This document shows positions 42,898-57,766 of a stretch of DNA of 64,000 nt, piece after piece. The notes under the pieces are model-generated. The model did not search any database. It was not told the origin of the DNA and saw only the letters and a list, made by a program, of their open reading frames with translations. The DNA is taken from assembly GCF_006345805.1 (NCBI RefSeq), contig NC_042998.1, positions 107,012,001-107,076,000 on the forward strand, written 5' to 3'. The position numbers were made by a program, and so were the translations under genes. The DNA is from Octopus sinensis. Its lineage: Eukaryota. Positions within the stretch are counted from its first letter, which is position 1. The number at the start of each line of letters is the position of its first letter.

Positions 42898-43597
42898 CAC
42901 ATATATACATATGTCCATAAAATTTAGTAAGATTGTATGCAGATAAACACATATATATGCACGTATCTATTTTTGTATGTACGTATCTAATCATTCCTGT
43001 AACTATATTTACCCAACCATGTACAAATATGTTGTAAGTTCTCTTAATGCGTGTGAATATTTATGAATATTTAAAGGGGAACTTGTCAAATTTTGGTTGA
43101 TGATCAATAAACAATACCTCATGAGAAAATAATAACGCTGTATCACTTGTGGGATGTTTGAGTTTTTATATAATTTAGCACACCTTATACAGTCATGGAT
43201 ATATACATGTTTACAGGCGTATCAATGAATATGTATGAACGTATGCCACCTTCATTATTTCGACGTCATCTGCACCAGTGTCATTATCATCACCATTATC
43301 CCTTTGGGGCGCATGCACTAGCACTTTCAATATTAACCGTACTACCATCAGCTTCACGGACCCCTTCACTACCATCTTCACCACAATCCCTAGTACAACT
43401 TTTTACCCCCTCTTTGCCATTATCTGACTGTCATCAGTATGATCATTTTCCTGCTCTTTGTATATCAGTCTTCTACCTATTTTCTGTATATTACTAGCTG
43501 TAACCACATCTCAACCTTAAAGCTGTCTCTGAAGATCCTAACAGCGAAACAGAATGAGTATTTTGTTGAACCCCCATTATTATGACTAAAACACACA

Positions 43598-43684
<87 letters not shown>

Positions 43685-43745
43685 ATATATATATATTAGT
43701 CAATAAATGGTGGGGTTGTGTTAACCACACGTGGAGAAATGATAG

Positions 43746-43977
43746 TAGAGGGAAAAAATAACAAGGCGCAGAATGCTAAATTTATGTTTTTGAAAAATCA
43801 CTGTAAATTTCTTTTTTCTCCTTCCTCAATTTACAAAAAAAAAATTCCTTCCAAATCTTGAAACTTTGCCTTGCAATAAAAGCTGGATTGATTTCTTTTT
43901 TTAATTTTTCATACACCCATTTTAATTTTAATTTACTTTCAGTTTAGCATTCTGCCTTATTATTCTTTCCTCTTCTA
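43746..43977. mobile_element. MITE-like element with ~35-bp imperfect terminal inverted repeats
   Basis: TAGAGGGAAAAAATAACAAGGCGCAGAATGCTAAA versus reverse complement of TTTAGCATTCTGCCTTATTATTCTTTCCTCTTCTA. Confidence 0.55.
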
Positions 43978-44164
43978 TATATATACCTTAAGAAGTTTTC
44001 TTATCTTTCTTATTTTGTCGAAATGGATCAGCAAAACAGTCGACAACTCATGAGCGAGTTATCTTCTTTTGGTATTTTGTCCTGTACTTCTCTCTCGGTG
44101 TTCACGTATTTTTCACTCGTTGGTGATGTCCTGTACTTAATGTGTATCATATATATATATATAT

Positions 44165-44247
<83 letters not shown>

Positions 44248-44834
44248 TTTATCTCTACAGGTTTTCAATAGAATTTAGAGTCAACACTGAAAGTTACGAT
44301 GTTTCGTGTACACTACGAATGCATTGCTTAAATAGCCACTAAGTTCAGCGGTGTAACACTACAGGATAGACCAATTTACTGCTAACAAAAAAGTATTGCT
44401 CGCTATTGACTTATAAACCTTTAATATACTTGATATAATATTATAATTGTAGAACGAAATACGGTGGCCCTACCAGCATTTACTATACATAAATACACAC
44501 ACACACATACATATACATGTCTGTGACGTCCTGTTTTTGTTATTATTATTATCATTATTGTTTTTATGTATTTTTGTATTCTTATTCGTGTAACATCGTC
44601 CGTTTTTCCGTCTTGTTTTGTATAGATTCGAGGCTTTCTTCCAATGCTTTCTAATGCGCTTGGGTTAGATTTTCCTTTGGGGCTGGCCAGATCGGAGCAA
44701 TCTCAAGATTAATCAGCCGAAATTGCGAGGATGATCCGGTTCTTGACTGAAGATTGAAGGCTTCGAATGTCCCGTTCGTGTTTTTTGTATTGTCTTCTAA
44801 ACGTTTTGCGTTCTTGTCCCAGTTTGTATTTTTT

Positions 44835-44875
<41 letters not shown>

Positions 44876-44910
44876 TAGCGACGCCCGTACCCCTTTGGTC
44901 TTATATGTAA

Positions 44911-44963
<53 letters not shown>

Positions 44964-45159
44964 AAAAAAATACAAACTGGGACAAGAACGCAAAACAAAT
45001 AGAAGACGATACAAAAAACACGGAGCCTTCAATCTTCAATATATATATACATGTATGTATATGTATATACATATATATATATATGTGTGTGTGTGTATGT
45101 ATATATATCATTGTTGATGATGATAATGATGATGATGATGTACCTTTCTATTGTCTTTG

Positions 45160-45575
45160 TTGATCATGGTGCAGGCATGGCTATGTTGTTGATAAACTTG
45201 CTTCCCAACCATGTGGTCTCCAGTTCAATAACACTGCATAGCACCTTGAGCAAAAGTCTTTTACTGTTGCCCTGGGCTGACCAAAGTTTTGCTAGAGCAT
45301 CTGGTAGATGAGACTAGTGTGGAAGAATGTCTGGTGCATGCGTTTATATATGTGTATGCATGTGTCCGCTTGTATTTGTATTTGTTTCTCCTACTTGACA
45401 GCTGGTGCTGGTTTGTTTACACCGCTGTTACCTAGCAGTTTGGCATAAGAATCTGATTAAATAAACACCAGCCTTAAAAATCTAAAAATCTAAGTCCTGA
45501 GGTTGATTTCTTTGAATGCACCTGTCAAGGTAGTTCTCCACCAGTCCTATGACTGAAACAAGTTAAAAATAAAAG
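45160..45575 (+). mobile_element. SINE family B, degenerate
   Basis: Head remnants CCCAACCATGTGG..CACCTTGAGCAA and tail ..TGACTGAAACAAG. Confidence 0.65.
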
Positions 45576-45886
45576 GAAGAAGTTACTATGTAACCAAACT
45601 AACATTGCAATCTTAGTCGATAATAAATTAATTAATTAAATCTTATCTACGTCTTTTTGTGTTTCTTTATCTATCCTAATTAGATCTGTTGATGCTTTTA
45701 CATGGTCATTTTTCACTGAAAAATCTCGCAGGATCTTAAAGTAATTATTTTCACTAGTAGTTCCCTGCTTGTGATAGTACCAAACCATTTCTCTTCCATT
45801 TCAAATTTCCAAGCAATCTCTTAGTGTGTATCTTTCTCTGCACCATCCTATCGAACAGTGGCTTTTTGTGTGTGTGTGTGTGTGTG

Positions 45887-45926
<40 letters not shown>

Positions 45927-46064
45927 GTGTGTGTTTGTTTGTTTTTCTTTTCTTGGTCCCGTCTTGTTGCATGTGCATCCCATCCGTTACAACGACAACA
46001 TTGACAAAATAACCAGAAGCAAGGTATTGATCTTTTTCATTCAGATCTTTTCAGCAACCAATAA

Positions 46065-46335
46065 TCACACGTAAAAAGCACCATTCGAGCGTTGCCGATG
46101 CCAGTATCGCCTGACTGGCCCTCGTGTCGGTGACACGTAAAAAGCACCGACTACACTCTCGGAGTGGTTGGCTTTAGGAAGGGCATCCAGCAGTAGAAAC
46201 ATTGGAAGAGCATCGAGCTGTAGAAAGATAGGAGCCTGATGCAGCCTCTTGGCTCACCAGCCCTCAGTCAAACCGTCCAACCCATGCCAGTATGAAAAGC
46301 GGGCGTTAAACGATGACGATGATGATGATGATATA
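46065..46335 (+). mobile_element. Interspersed retroposon 3' part with RTE-style (GAT)n tail
   Basis: Internal repeat CACGTAAAAAGCACC twice; ends GGGCGTTAAACGATGACGATGATGATG. Confidence 0.55.
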
Positions 46336-46339
46336 CGTA

Positions 46340-46620
46340 TAAATATGTTTCTTTATTAGCCACACCGGGCTGCACACCGACGGGACAAATTACAAGTAGA
46401 GCTTTTCTTTTGGGGGATAAAAAAACGGGGGTTTGGTTTTCGATCAAAAGGGATCGTAAAAGGAAAGAAAGAGGAAAGCAAAAAAAGGGGGAGGGGTAAA
46501 AATAAAAGGAAAAAAATCGATCAATAGAGATCGTTATCATAGAAATGTCAATATAAAGTGTAAAGGGGAGGACCGGTGAGGTTTACCCGTGGAAAGAAAA
46601 GCCTAAATAGACAGACAGAC
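46340..46620 (-). mobile_element. Probable LINE (L1/Tx1-like) 3' UTR fragment
   Basis: Pyrimidine-rich minus strand ending GTGTGGCTAATAAAGAAA; a similar end (TGTGGTTAATAAAAGAG) at 63415-63435. Clade assignment is inference. Confidence 0.35.
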
Positions 46621-47069
46621 TGATAGATAGATAGATTGTTGATGAATTGATATGTCTTATAGATATATATATATATGCATATATATGCAGTTATATATGT
46701 ATATATATATGCATATATACATACATATATATATATAAACATATATATAAAAACTATTCACTAGAAATTATTTTTATGCTATGCCCTTTCGTTTGTTGCG
46801 TGTCTTGTATTTCTGTATTGCTACGTTCAATGCATGGTTAAACGATAGAATAATGACGTGTGATTAATATGCCGTTTACGATAATGGACTTCAATATTTT
46901 CGTATTTCCAAGCTTTTTTATCTTCGTAAATTTCTAAATTATATCATTCACAACCCGATTCATTACAATATTTTCGTTTGAATCTATCGATGCAGAGAGT
47001 TGTTTCATAAATTCTTTCTCAAGAAGAATTAGAATTTATTTGATTATATATACACATAAATTATATACA

Positions 47070-47221
47070 GGAGTGGCTGTGTGGTAAGTAGCTTGTTTAC
47101 CAACCACAAGGTTCCGGGTTCAGGTGCAGTGGCACCTTGAGAAAGTGTCTTCTACTATAGCCTCGGGCCGACCAATGCCTTGTGAGTGGATTTGGTAGAC
47201 GGAAACTAAAAGAAGCCTGTC

Positions 47222-47275
<54 letters not shown>

Positions 47276-48009
47276 TAGCATTAAAGACCCGTCATTGCCG
47301 GGTCATAGTGCTAGTGCATGTATATATGTGTATATATATGTGTACATATTACATGTACATCTATATATATACATCTACACATAAAATGCAAAATACAAAG
47401 TTATATCTTGATATCGCTAGTGATAACAATACTCAAAATATATAACAGACTGGAATTGTTAGCTCTTCTTTTTTCTCTACATTGTATACTTTATTGATAA
47501 TAGTCTTTTCTTTAATTTAATTTTTTATTATCCATCTGGACTATTCCATTTCTGCACGCTAATTTTATTTTTAATTTACTCCCATTCATGTGAAACCACT
47601 TATTCAAGTTCAAATCATTGATGCAATTTTATACCAATTGCTATTTTTACTTTTGTATGTTACGATTATATTATACTTTAGTTTGATTTTAATTATTACT
47701 TACTACATATAATTCAATTGTTATTATTATTTTTATTGTTAAATTGAAAGCATCTGGCGTAAAATAGAGAAATATTTTTGTTTCACTTTCAACACGTAAT
47801 ACTGAAATAGTGGAGAAGATATCATACGGCTATGGGCTCGCTCTAGGCAAGAAGTTGAACATTTCTTTTGCCCATGAAACTACATGGACCCTAAGTAAGG
47901 CATGTGTAAAATTTGAATGAAATTGGTTGTGTAGTTCTCAAGTTTTAGGGAAACACACAGACAGACAGACAGACATTCTCAGTTTTATATATATAAAGAT
48001 ATATATATT

Positions 48010-48074
<65 letters not shown>

Positions 48075-48305
48075 TGTATGTATGCATGTGTCTGTGCTTG
48101 TGTGTCTGTGTTTGTCCCCCTCAACATCGCTTGATAACCGATGCTGGTGTGTTTACGTCCCCGTTACTTAGCGGTTCGTCAAAAGAGACCGATAGAATAA
48201 GTACTAGGTTTACAAAGAATAAGTCCTGGGGTCGATTTGCTCGACTAAAAGGCGGTGCTCCAGCATGGCCGCAGTCAAATGACTGAAACAAGTAAAAGAG
48301 TAAGA
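47070..48305 (+). mobile_element. SINE family B split by a Helitron
   Basis: Head 47070-47223, (TA)n, Helitron, (TA)n/(TATG)n, tail 48095-48305. Confidence 0.9.
47275..47999 (-). mobile_element. Non-autonomous Helitron (~725 bp)
   Basis: Minus starts A|TCTTTATATATATAAAACTGAGAATGTCTGTCTG; 3' hairpin GACCCGGCAATGACGGGTC then ..ATGCTAG|T. Confidence 0.9.
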
Positions 48306-49614
48306 GTATACATAAATAGAGCAAACAAGACATTTGTTTTGAGGAACATAAAGAGCTTGAATTGTTGGTGAAGCTATGGACGTTAGCAATGCTGTGTTTT
48401 AAAACATAATCAAACTTCAATGGAAAATATGTGTCTTTGCCCTTTTTAATAGTAGGCTATTATTTGAGGGAAATTTGGTTGCTGTTTCTAAAAGATGGAT
48501 CAACCATGTATAAGATCCTTTCTTATTGGATCCTTCTGATTGTCACACTGTGCCTGTGTTTATAATTGGCAACGCAGATTTATGTCAAATACCATTACAC
48601 ATACATGCACACATACATAATACATGCATATGTGTATAAATACATACATGTTAGCATGTACTCACGCACACATATGCATTTATGCGCGTGAGAGAGGGAC
48701 ACACACAGACACACACACACTCAAACAAACACAAACATATACATATACAAATCATAAAGAAGAGAATGCTTTCAGAACTTTATCATGGACAAAAGAAAAA
48801 ACAATATTCACTTTTAATATTAAAATATGCTACCAGTTTCAGTCGTTTGAAAATCCGATTTAGTGATGTTGCAAAAGAAGGGAAAATAACTTAAATATAT
48901 TTAAATGAATTATTCTTTCTTTATATTGGTTCTTTATATCAGTTCACGTATCTTTGTTGCGAGATTCACGTGGTACTGGTAGTTGGTATCTTTATGATGG
49001 CTACTGGACTGCTTTAGTGCGTGTGTATGTGTGTGTGTGTGTGTATAACATTAGAGCGAGAAAGAGAGAGAGACGAAGAGAGAGGAGAGGAGGGAGAGAT
49101 TGGTTATATGTTTAGGTATTTAATCTCGCAATAGAAGGCACAAAAAATCAAATGGTTACTTAGATTTAGTTTATATCCTTTCAGGTTGCATAACAAATTC
49201 TCTCAGATAAAAGATATAAAAACATATATTGCTATGTGATAAACAAATATTTATCTTCATACATATAAATGCAATATTCTCAGGAATATGGAACAATTTA
49301 AAATAGTATTTGATTCTTTTTATAGAAATATTCTAATTACTTTTTGCTAAAAAATATAAATAAATAAAACGAAAAACGTGGCAACAAATATGTTGGATAA
49401 TACTTCCCCCTAAAAAGTATTTTAGGAAAACGAACATGTATTTGTGTATGTGTGTGTTTACGCATGCGTCTTCTGCATGAATTTGTATGTGTATGGTATT
49501 CTGTGTAAGTGCATGTAAACGTGTAGGAGTGGGAATTTTAGTAACTGTTCTCATGTGTGTGGACGTTCGTGTGTGTGTGTGAGAGAGGGGGAATGCGTGC
49601 GTATGAATACATAT

Positions 49615-49671
<57 letters not shown>

Positions 49672-49992
49672 GTGTGTGTGTGTGTGCGCGCGCGCTCATA
49701 AGTGTGACGTGTCTTTCCGATCGGAATAGACATTGATGTTTTTAATGAATATGATAGTAATGGTGGTGATTATTACTATCCTCATCATCGTCATTATTAT
49801 TTTTATTATCATTATTATTGTTTTTCCTTGTTGTTGTTGTTATTGTTGTTGTGGTTGTGGTTGTTGTTGCTGTTGTTGTTGTTGCTGCTGCTGCTGCTGT
49901 TGTTGTTGTTACAATTATTATTAGGATTACTATTAAGATTATTTTTATAGATGTGGTTATTGTTGTTGTTGTTGCTATTATTATTATTAATT

Positions 49993-50023
<31 letters not shown>

Positions 50024-50221
50024 TGCGCGCAGGAGGAGGAGGAGGAGGATTTTAAAATATGGAAGTTATGTTATGAAAGTTTGTAAGCCGGATTAAGAAT
50101 TCTAAGCTATCCTCAATTTACTTCGTTTCCCCAATAACTATAATTTATTTATTCGAAAGCCTATATATTTGTTTATACGTCATACGTGTGTGTGTGTGTG
50201 TTCAAATATATTATATATATA

Positions 50222-50292
<71 letters not shown>

Positions 50293-50418
50293 GTATGTAT
50301 GTGTGTATGTATATATATATTATATATATGTGTGTGTGTGTGTGTGTATGTGTGTGTGTGTATATATATATACATATACATGTATTAAAAATAAATATAT
50401 ATATACATATACACCTAT

Positions 50419-50452
<34 letters not shown>

Positions 50453-50744
50453 TATAATTTTATCTGTTCACTAACTTATATCTGTCAATTCACAATGTAA
50501 CTCGTTGAAATATGTTCTACTGTGATGCTGGAAGTATACTGCGTTATATTTTCTTGGCAGGCAACAATATTCTTGCTACAACATCGAAGCATACCGTCGT
50601 CCGTCCATGTACATACAGTTACACGCATGCACACGGGCCAAATATACCTTATGACTATAGTAACGAACTGGAAATATATAACTAATCTCTCCCTCCTCTC
50701 CTCTCTTTTTTATCTGTTAAAGAATCTATAAATGTTTATAGTAT

Positions 50745-50958
50745 TGCTTTCAAGTTTTGGCACAAGGCCAGCAATTTTGGGGGAGGAGTAGGTCAATTAG
50801 ATCAACCCCAGTGCTCAACTAGTACTTATTTTATCAACTTCGAAAGGATGAAAGGCGAAATTTAAACCTGGCAGAATTAGAACTCAGAACGTAAAAACGA
50901 ACGAAATGCTGCTAAGCTTTTTACCCGGCGTGCTAACAATTCTGCCAACTCGCCGCCT
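50745..50958 (-). mobile_element. SINE family C (alternative tail)
   Basis: Homologous to 29755-29964. Confidence 0.8.
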
Positions 50959-51317
50959 TAAATTTCTATGTTATTAACATGATTTTCCGGACAATTTACA
51001 TTTACATTAAGCTTCAATAGGTTAGAGACTGCCGAATTTCATCGAACGTCTCATTCCTGAGTGCGTACTATAATCCAAACTGAATTCGAACAAGGAAATT
51101 TTGTCTCTAAGGTAAGAGTAGTAATGTTTACCCACAAAGCTATATAAATGTAAATAGTATAAATATACACGAGAGTAGAATCATTGGAGCATCGGAAAAA
51201 ATGCCTTCCGGTTCTTTCTTTTCCGAAGTCACTTTACTTTTCATCCTGCAGATGTAATCAGCTAACATCCTCCTTTCAAAATGGCTGGCTTTGTATCTAT
51301 ATTAGAAAAAATATGTG

Positions 51318-51627
51318 AAGGCGCGTGTGTGTGGCTTAGTGATTACGGTATTCGGCACACGAACTTACGATCGTGAGTTCGATACCCAGTGGTGCGTTTG
51401 TCCTTGAGCAGGACACTTTATTTCACGTGGCCCAAGTCCACTCAGCTGAAAGGAACTAGTTGTACCTGTGTTTCAAAGTGTCGGCCTTGTCACATCCTAT
51501 GTCACGTTGAATCTCCCTGAAAACTAAGAGTACGCGTGTCTGTAGAATGCTCTGCCAGTTGCACGTAATTTCACAGGCCGGCTGTTCTGTTGGCCGGATA
51601 AACTGGAACCCTCGTCGTCGTAACCAA
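51318..51627 (+). mobile_element. SINE family A variant
   Basis: A-box TGGCTTAGTG, B-box GAGTTCGATACC, CCTTGAGCAGGACACTTTATTTCAC domain. Confidence 0.8.
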
Positions 51628-52560
51628 ATATATTATAAATATACGCACGAAATTTGTCTTAACAACAGCATTTCATCTCGGATCAGTCATTTTTTCTATT
51701 GCATTTCAATTCAATAATGGAGAAGTTTGGAATGAACTCTGGAATATTGATTCAAATGTACTGAAGTATTTAAAATTATGACTTCTACACAGATCAAATT
51801 TATCCTTTATAATGTCAGAATGAATAAGACCAAGAATATACGGAGATCTAATCAATCAGATTTACAACATTTCTTAATAGAATAACTCCGGAAAAGTAAT
51901 CATAACCTTGACCGATGAAAGTTTAAAACTTGTATTGGTAAGACTGGTAATGATCCTAATTCGGTCAATGATCACCACGAAAATGATAATTACAATAATC
52001 TCTTCCAATACCACGATAGGCAATTCGTTCTATGTACTGTGAATCACTGGCTTTTAGTTTATCCAGCTTTTCCTAAGTTTTCTCTGTTTTTAATAACTCT
52101 CCTGCGGGTGAACGGGGGTTATGAACATCAAAAACTCCAGCCTCTTGATCGACATATTAACTTGTCTACAATGATGACACCTTACAATTGACTGGATGGG
52201 AAAATAGAGAATCATGTCTATGCTGTTTGATGATAGAAATACATTGACTCAAATAATATTTCTCCGCATATTACCTGTCGATGAGAAAAATGGTCAAATA
52301 GATTGAATATCTGACCCGGAGTTACAAATCAAGATCTGCTGTTGACGCTCCGTTGTTTTACTATGCAGAGGCCTTCATTATATTTCGCATCTACTACACC
52401 AATTTTAAGTAATAGGTACCACTTGCATTAGTCTGATGTCCTATTTAGAGGGAGATTTGTCTCTTACCCCTCTCTACTCTATGGAACTATAGATGTATGC
52501 CTCGGAAAATCAGGTGGTAGCCTGGTGTCTACGGAGACAGACAGACAGATCAATATATAT

Positions 52561-52681
<121 letters not shown>

Positions 52682-54672
52682 CGTCTACTATCTGCGGCTA
52701 CCAGATGTCATCAACTAATGTAGCCGCAGACAGTGAACGTGCTTTAATCGGCATGCTACCAGGTGTATAACCAAGTCTAAAATAATTACTATATATATAT
52801 ATATATATAAAATATAATATGATATAATGTATTTTCTATTGTTGCTATTCATTTTCTGGTTAGCGTATCGTGAACATGAACTATCGGATTACATGACAAG
52901 AAAGCTACTTAAACCATCATTCCATTAATTACCAGCTCAATGCATGTAAATATGTTTATAAATAGTTTCTTGAATGTAACATTTGAAAAGCTTGCGAATA
53001 AACTTTAAACACTAGATAATCAAATGGCCAGAATACTGTTTAAAGTATTGCCCGCATTTCATCTAATCATATCAACAGAACGCACAGTAGTCTGATACGC
53101 AATTTATCACAATGTATTACCTATTATTACGAAAAATCAATGTTAACGCAAGATATGTCACATTAACCTTGAAGTCATGTTGAGGATTAAAGCTATTCCG
53201 TATTTACGTTTTCCCTTTTTTTAATTGGTTGTATCATTTTGTATTGTAGTAATAATATACCATTGTATTTGAATGCACAAATAGCAACTGATCTCTTGGC
53301 TGATTGATGGGTTCGCACCATGTCTGATAAGAGTCTTTTGCTGTTATATGTTGCTTGTTGTTATTTTTGTTGTCATCGTCATTATCATTGTTGTTCTTGC
53401 TGTTGTTGAACCCTAGGCTGGCCATGATCGAGCATACATATGATCAATGGCATTCAAGCGGAGATCTTCGAATCCTTTTTCATTTCTTTATTTATCACAG
53501 ACTACATTATCTAATGAGTTCTTGTTTAAGATAAGGATATGGTTTGAAAGACAGCTGGCTTACTATTTCTCTTAGCTAATAGTTTAAGGGGGTGTATCCC
53601 TGCAATAACGTCAGTGTCTCAAATTCCTGTAATATACGAGGTGCTTTTTTTCATGTCTCTCAGATAAGAATCCTAACAAGGTGTTGCAAACCGTGAAAGG
53701 CTAAACTGAAGCAAAGGGAAATGATAACACAGTTGGGCGCGATCTTCAGATCCACTATTTCATATATTCCGTTCCTCTACTTAGTTCAGAACGTTTCAGA
53801 GCATTCCAGTAAGCACGATGCAATATGGACGCAATCTGTTCCTTTCTAATATCTAATTTATTTCTGTATATTTATAGAGTCTGCTGATGCCTACTTCTTA
53901 TATAGGGGAAAAGAATTATATCTCTATTATGTTGTGTGCATATACAAACTCAAAAGCACATATACACGCACTTATACATACACGTGTAAACATTAATATG
54001 TTTTTGATTATAAGCATATGTACACATGCGCTCTCACACACATATGTACATGAACACAGAAACAACCACACATATAACTGTGTATTTTGTGTGCATTAGA
54101 GGCAATGCGCTTATCTACAGTTACGTGTATAGGTATGCATGTATACTCAACTTGAATATATAAACACTTTTAGAAACAAACAGCCAAACATATATTCCAC
54201 GCCTGCGCGCACGCACACACACACGCACATACACGCACACACGCATGTAGGTGGAGCCTTAATGTAGTCGGTCAATGTGCTAAAATAACAGTCAACTTAC
54301 TCTCATATCCAACCATAACATTTTAAGCAACGGAAGACATATTGATTAAAGTACTTGACACCCCAACAACACATGAAATCCATTGCTGGATTGCCTTTGA
54401 TCATAGGTCGCTCAAACGAGGTTTACCTAGGGCTAAACAAATCATATACATACCTACATATGCATAAATCAGTTTTTGCATCGGTTTTGTACGTCTTATC
54501 TATGTAGCTGTTTGTCGCTCTATATCAAATGTATTAACCTTTCATCTCAAAGCATATACTTCATACAACAGATTTAATATCAACAGCTAACTTCACTCAT
54601 TATTTACAATCGTGTTTATCAGTCCCTGCCACCTCCTACAGTTCCCATTCATCCTTTCTTACTTTATATCAT

Positions 54673-54726
<54 letters not shown>

Positions 54727-55249
54727 CCTTTCCTTGTCTCTTCCTCCTCATCTTTCTTTCCCTCTCTCTCCTCGCTCTCTCTTTCTCTTTTACTCTCTTT
54801 TTTCTCAGTTCATCTCCAAATTTCTCCCTGTCTAATATCTCTCAAAGTTAAACAGCTGAACATGTGTGGATGATGATGGCAGAAGCTGTCATCTTTAATT
54901 GTGTTTACAAAGATAATGAAGGATTAGGTAAGTGCAGATGGTTATTATTAAGACAACACTCGTAGTCTAGGTGATGTTTGATTCTTTTCGCTTTTGTATC
55001 TGTGTGCACATACAAGTGCATGCAAACAATCATGCATAAATACATAAATATATATATATATATGTGTAAGGGGGAAAGTATATATATATACATATATATA
55101 CTTTCCCCTTACCTTTCCACGTGTAGTTTCTATTTTCTTTTTATAACATATTTCTATTATATATATATATAAGGAGAAACAAACAGACAGACTGACAGAT
55201 AGATTAATAAATAGATAGATAGATAGATAAGATAGATAGATAGATAGAT

Positions 55250-55357
<108 letters not shown>

Positions 55358-55639
55358 CAGAAAGACAGACAGACGGACGAAAATACATGCATACATACAT
55401 ATATACATGTATACATGATTTCAAATTATGCCCTTAATTGTTCTCCTAATTAGAAGAATGGATTGGGCTTGTGAATCCTGCTAGGGACTTACATTTTATT
55501 GCATTGATGTAACAACGTGTGCATCTTGCAGTACCACTTTGGTGAAACTTCTGATAACTTTTCAGTTCACCTCCTGATGCACATTATTTTGTGCACACCT
55601 AGCATGCAGGGATGCCATATAATGCACAGAAAACAAGTT

Positions 55640-55860
55640 TCCTATGTCTGCGTCTTCTCTTATGACTTCTAAGACTTGCCTTACTGAGACAGAAACGACC
55701 ACACTCGTTATATGTTTCATCAGGCTGTGCGCCAGTATACTCAGATAAATTCACATCAAAATCCTTATGAATATCTCTCCTGAGCTGTTCATGCTTGATA
55801 TGATTTGATTCAAACTCTCTCTTCTCACCATGGACTGCTTTCTTCCGTGATGAATGATGT
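55640..55860 (-). mobile_element. RTE-clade LINE 3' fragment
   Basis: YNECGRFCLSKASLRSHKRR terminal finger remnant. Confidence 0.55.
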
Positions 55861-55864
55861 AGAG

Positions 55865-56073
55865 CAGTGCTTTTCAAACTTTTTGCTGGAGCGGAACCCC
55901 AAGGAAACATTCCACTGGCTTGAGGAACCCTTGTGCAATAATTTAATAGTTTTATGCACACATATCTGCACAGGAGAATTAAAAATTACTGCCGATTTTA
56001 GCAATTTTGTAACTTCTTGCGGAACCCCTGGACTGTACTGGCGGAACCCTAAGGTTCCGGGGAACCCTCACTG
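55865..56073. mobile_element. hAT MITE with partly deleted right TIR
   Basis: Starts CAGTGCTTTTCAAAC, GGAACCC subterminal repeats, ends ..CACTG; 8-bp TSD ATGTAGAG/ATCTAGAG (7/8). Confidence 0.8.
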
Positions 56074-57721
56074 ATCTAGAGCAAGGAATTCCTATCCAAT
56101 TTCCAAGATTTTGACCTTCTCCAGTATATTTTTAATGTCTTCCTTATACCTTAATTTTTGTTTGTGTGACGGTCTCTTACTCTGGGCTAACTCACCACAC
56201 AGAAATAATTGTTTGAGCACCTGATTATCTTCCATTATCATCACATGACCACTCCTTCATAATCGGTGCTAAAGTACGAGAGTTTCTGCACTGGTAGGCT
56301 GAGAACGTTCGAGAACTTCAATGTCATTTACATACATTTGCCATCGGATATACTGTACAGTGTACTTTATTCCCACAAAGTATTTAGTATGCCACAAAAC
56401 CGATGCTGTACCTTACACTTCATCTGCATGTACAAGGTTCGTTCTTAGGCTTTTCTGGTTCTCTACCAAAGATTCTTGTAAGCGCTACATCTTTGTCATT
56501 TAATAGTGTCTGAACTTCATTTTCATGAAACCATCTTCAATATTTTCTTTCCTCTAAACACATAGATGCTTCCCGCGAGTCGTTGAATTCCTTGTTGACC
56601 ATTCTCTTCGCCAACTTTTCCTTAATAGCATCATCTTTCAAACGAGTTACAATTAATTTCTTTTAGATAGTCATATCATTGGCTCTTACCCTCGGTTTGA
56701 TAATAAAGTTCACTTTTACACGAACAAGACAAAGGCCAGTCCAGCATTAAATTCCCCGTCTATGCTGATTCAACACATCATGAACATCACGCTCACAAGC
56801 AAAAACAAAATCAATTATATCCCACTGCTTCGAGCCTGAATGTAACCATATGGTTCAGTATCTTTCTGCTGGAACATGGCATAAATCTAGTTCCTGACAC
56901 ATTTGGAGCAGTAACAAGCCATTACTATTGTACTTTCTAGCTCTATGTTTCCCGACTTCATTCCCGGTTTAGTAATCCTTGTCAAATTTTGCACTGACGT
57001 CACCAAATGTGACAACTTTATCAGCACAAAGAATCTTGCACCTGCCGAGCCAGACTCTTTTATTATCCGTTCTGGAGTCCGTATTGCCATCATTTACAAA
57101 TTACAAATTATTATAATTTTTCATTGAGCGTTTTGTCAAAACACTGCATTACATATACGAGGCCTTGCCATATCTGTACTAAATTTGTTAAAAAAACTCG
57201 TGAGGATATTTTCCTAAGATATTCATAATTAGCGCCACTACATTCTCCTTATTTCTCTATATATTGATCAAACCTAGTCTTCCTAACTGAATAGAATATG
57301 CTTCCTTGAGATCTAATAAAACCAAAATATTTCAGTTACTTTCATTATTTTAAAACCAATTCCACTGCTTTACTGTATTTTTTTATATTTTCCAAAAATG
57401 TGGTTATCTATCTTGCCTGGTATTTAAAGATCCCCAAGTTAGATTTTTAGTATATTCATTTTATGGATAATGTAACTTAATCGAAGCTTTTTAAATCACT
57501 GCCTAGCGTACGTCATACCCAACTATTTCAATTAAATACTAGAACTGATTAATTAAAATTTGTTATTATTTATATTATCGATCGAGAGAAGGCATTCATG
57601 ATTATGTAATCTAAACGATCGTTTTTGTTATAAACAGGTCAGCCATGATCAAAAATTTTTCCGTTTATATATGTGTGTGTGTATTTATATTTATAAGACT
57701 GGCTATAAGTATGGCGATAAC

Positions 57722-57766
<45 letters not shown>

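Noticed and set aside
43525-43565. CTGAAGA...GAAAC...GTA spacing
   Set aside because: Stems I, II and III do not pair; chance match or decayed beyond recognition.
52000-52140. Possible exon (EKLDKLKASDSQYIERIAYRGIGRDYC, minus strand)
   Set aside because: In-frame stops on both sides, no convincing splice signals, no recognisable family.
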